Shown: positions 62,923-64,000 of the stretch, in pieces
Numbering within the stretch: position 1 is the first letter of the stretch
Layout: every line of letters starts with the position of its first letter
Assembly: GCA_963849325.1 (NCBI GenBank)
Contig: CAWKHF010000012.1
Location: 384,001 to 448,000, forward strand
Origin: an uncultured Planctomycetota bacterium
GTDB lineage: Bacteria; Planctomycetota; Planctomycetia; Gemmatales; Gemmataceae
DNA: 64,000 nt
Reading direction: 5' to 3'
Made by a program: the position numbers and the translations under genes
Notes under the pieces: generated by a model
Told to the model about the DNA's origin: nothing
Seen by the model: the letters and a program-made list of their open reading frames with translations, nothing else
Databases searched by the model: none

Positions 62923-63639
62923 ATGTCTTTGCTTGCGCGTGGCTTGCGGGCCGCTTACGTTCTCACCCTTCTGTTGGCGGTTTCGTTGCTGGTTCGGCCC
63001 GGAGAGTCTCGGGGGCAATTCCGGGGAGCCATGCCCCCTCCGCCCCTTCGACTGCCGATCAACAATTTCATGGACACCACCGGGAACTTCGGCTTCGGTG
63101 GTTTCGGCGCCTTCGGTCAGTTCGGCTTCCCGACGTTCGCCTCCCCGACGTTCGCCTATCCGGTCTATCCCTTTTACCGAGTTGGTGTCGTCCCTGGCTT
63201 CGGCTTCGGAGGTTTCAACGGCTTCGGCTTCGGCGGTTTCCCCGTTGGCGGCTTTGGCTTTCCCGTAGGCGGCTTCAATGGCTTCGGCTTCAATGGCTTC
63301 GGCTTCAATGGCTTCGGATTGAACGGCTTCGGCTTCAATGGCTTCGGATTGAACGGCTTCGGATTGAACGGCTTCGGCTTCAATGGCTTCGGATTGAACG
63401 GCTTCGGATTGAACGGCTTCGGCTTCAATGGCTTCGGATTCAACCGTTTCGGCTTCAACGGTTTTGGGGCCGTTGGTTTCCCCGTTATGGGCTTCGGGGG
63501 GAACTTCGCCCGAGTCGGCATCGCCGGCTTGCCGCCGCTTGGTGGTTTCGCTGGCGTTGGAGGCTTGCCAGGCTTCGGCGGTTTCGCGGGTTTCGCCGGA
63601 AAAGCGTTCGGCGGTTTCAACGGTCGAAACGGTCTTTGA
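62923..63639 (+). CDS. Secreted Gly/Phe/Asn-rich low-complexity repeat protein
   Basis: RBS GGGAGG; signal-peptide-like N-terminus; G(F/L)NGF pentapeptide array; paralogue downstream. Confidence 0.82.
   Translation: MSLLARGLRAAYVLTLLLAVSLLVRPGESRGQFRGAMPPPPLRLPINNFMDTTGNFGFGGFGAFGQFGFPTFASPTFAYPVYPFYRVGVVPGFGFGGFNGFGFGGFPVGGFGFPVGGFNGFGFNGFGFNGFGLNGFGFNGFGLNGFGLNGFGFNGFGLNGFGLNGFGFNGFGFNRFGFNGFGAVGFPVMGFGGNFARVGIAGLPPLGGFAGVGGLPGFGGFAGFAGKAFGGFNGRNGL
63271..63465 (+). repeat. Coding tandem repeat, 13 x 15 bp
   Basis: Units GGCTTCAATGGCTTC (A) and GGATTGAACGGCTTC (B) in order AAABABBABBA plus two degenerate units. Confidence 0.95.
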
Positions 63640-63771
63640 TGGTCTTTACCGAGGACACGTCTTGGCCTCGGTATCGTGACGCCCTCGTAGGCGAGTGGTT
63701 TCGCCCCTTTTGGTTCAGGAGTCGTTTGCAACAACTCCCTCCTCGAACCCATTTCTGTGTAGGAGGCTCCT

Positions 63772-64000
63772 ATGACGCACTTCGGACGCTCGCTGCGAGT
63801 CGCTTACGTCCTGGCGCTGTCTGTCTGTGTGGGATTGCTGGTATGGCCGCGCTCATCGACAGGGCAATTCCGAGGGTCCATGCCTCCGCCGCCCCTACGG
63901 CCGCCGATGAGCAATCTCCTCACCGACAGCACGGGGAATGTTGGCCTGGTCGGTATGGTCGGCGGGGCCAGCATCATGGGCCTCCCCACCGCACCAGGAT
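63772..64000 (+). CDS. Paralogous secreted Gly-rich protein (runs off window; not in ORF track)
   Basis: AGGAGG RBS; MTHFGRSLRVAYVLALSVCVGLLVWPRSSTGQFRGSMPPPPLRPPMSNLLTDSTGNVG aligns with the N-terminus of 62923..63639. Confidence 0.82.
   Translation, partial: MTHFGRSLRVAYVLALSVCVGLLVWPRSSTGQFRGSMPPPPLRPPMSNLLTDSTGNVGLVGMVGGASIMGLPTAPG

Noticed and set aside
63271-63465. CRISPR array
   Set aside because: Contiguous 15-bp coding units without spacers; no cas genes.
63174-63752. Minus-strand Lys/Pro-repeat ORF (KPKPFNP...)
   Set aside because: Antisense shadow; the plus-strand gene has a promoter, RBS, signal peptide and paralogue.
1-64000. Numerous long Arg/Pro/Ala-rich overlapping ORFs in the track
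   Set aside because: Expected off-frame and antisense ORFs in high-GC DNA; no motifs.

Overview
High-GC bacterial chromosome segment, most consistent with Planctomycetota (Gemmataceae-like). This rests on a DUF1559/H-X9-DG protein, a ResB/CcsA cytochrome c maturation cluster and dense short intergenic palindromes. Many genes, including rpsO, pnp and rpsI, are split by single-base indels, so frameshifts are read as assembly errors and genes are reconstructed across frames. Contents in order: a metallophosphoesterase; a lipoprotein-ccsB-ccsA cluster; a sulfotransferase; an enolase-superfamily enzyme; a 13.4-kb phospho-signalling cluster (two membrane-FHA paralogues, two Zn-ribbon/helical/Ig-like paralogues, vWA, Zn-ribbon-FHA, an intact Ser/Thr kinase, a pseudokinase-PP2C fusion, and an inserted orphan hicB); rpsO-pnp and a histidine kinase; a six-gene lipid-linked glycosylation cluster; a ParA with C-terminal TM helices; a DUF1559 protein; nicotinate phosphoribosyltransferase; a small-protein/aspartyl-protease pair; an FHA-GAF-SpoIIE phosphatase; two TolC genes, USP, RND and MFP; an OprO/P-like porin; a secreted cyanophycinase-like peptidase; a coiled-coil protein with a putative RelE-like tail; a candidate sRNA; vWA, hemH, ferredoxin, rplM-rpsI; and two tandem paralogous secreted Gly-rich proteins behind a near-consensus promoter and a structured leader. 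The best candidates for undescribed biology are the vWA/FHA/kinase/pseudokinase-PP2C cluster, the secreted G(F/L)NGF-repeat family, the candidate sRNA at about 57.7-57.8 kb, and the multi-family REP-like palindromes, one of which is a nested insertion. No rRNA, tRNA, CRISPR array or transposase was seen.
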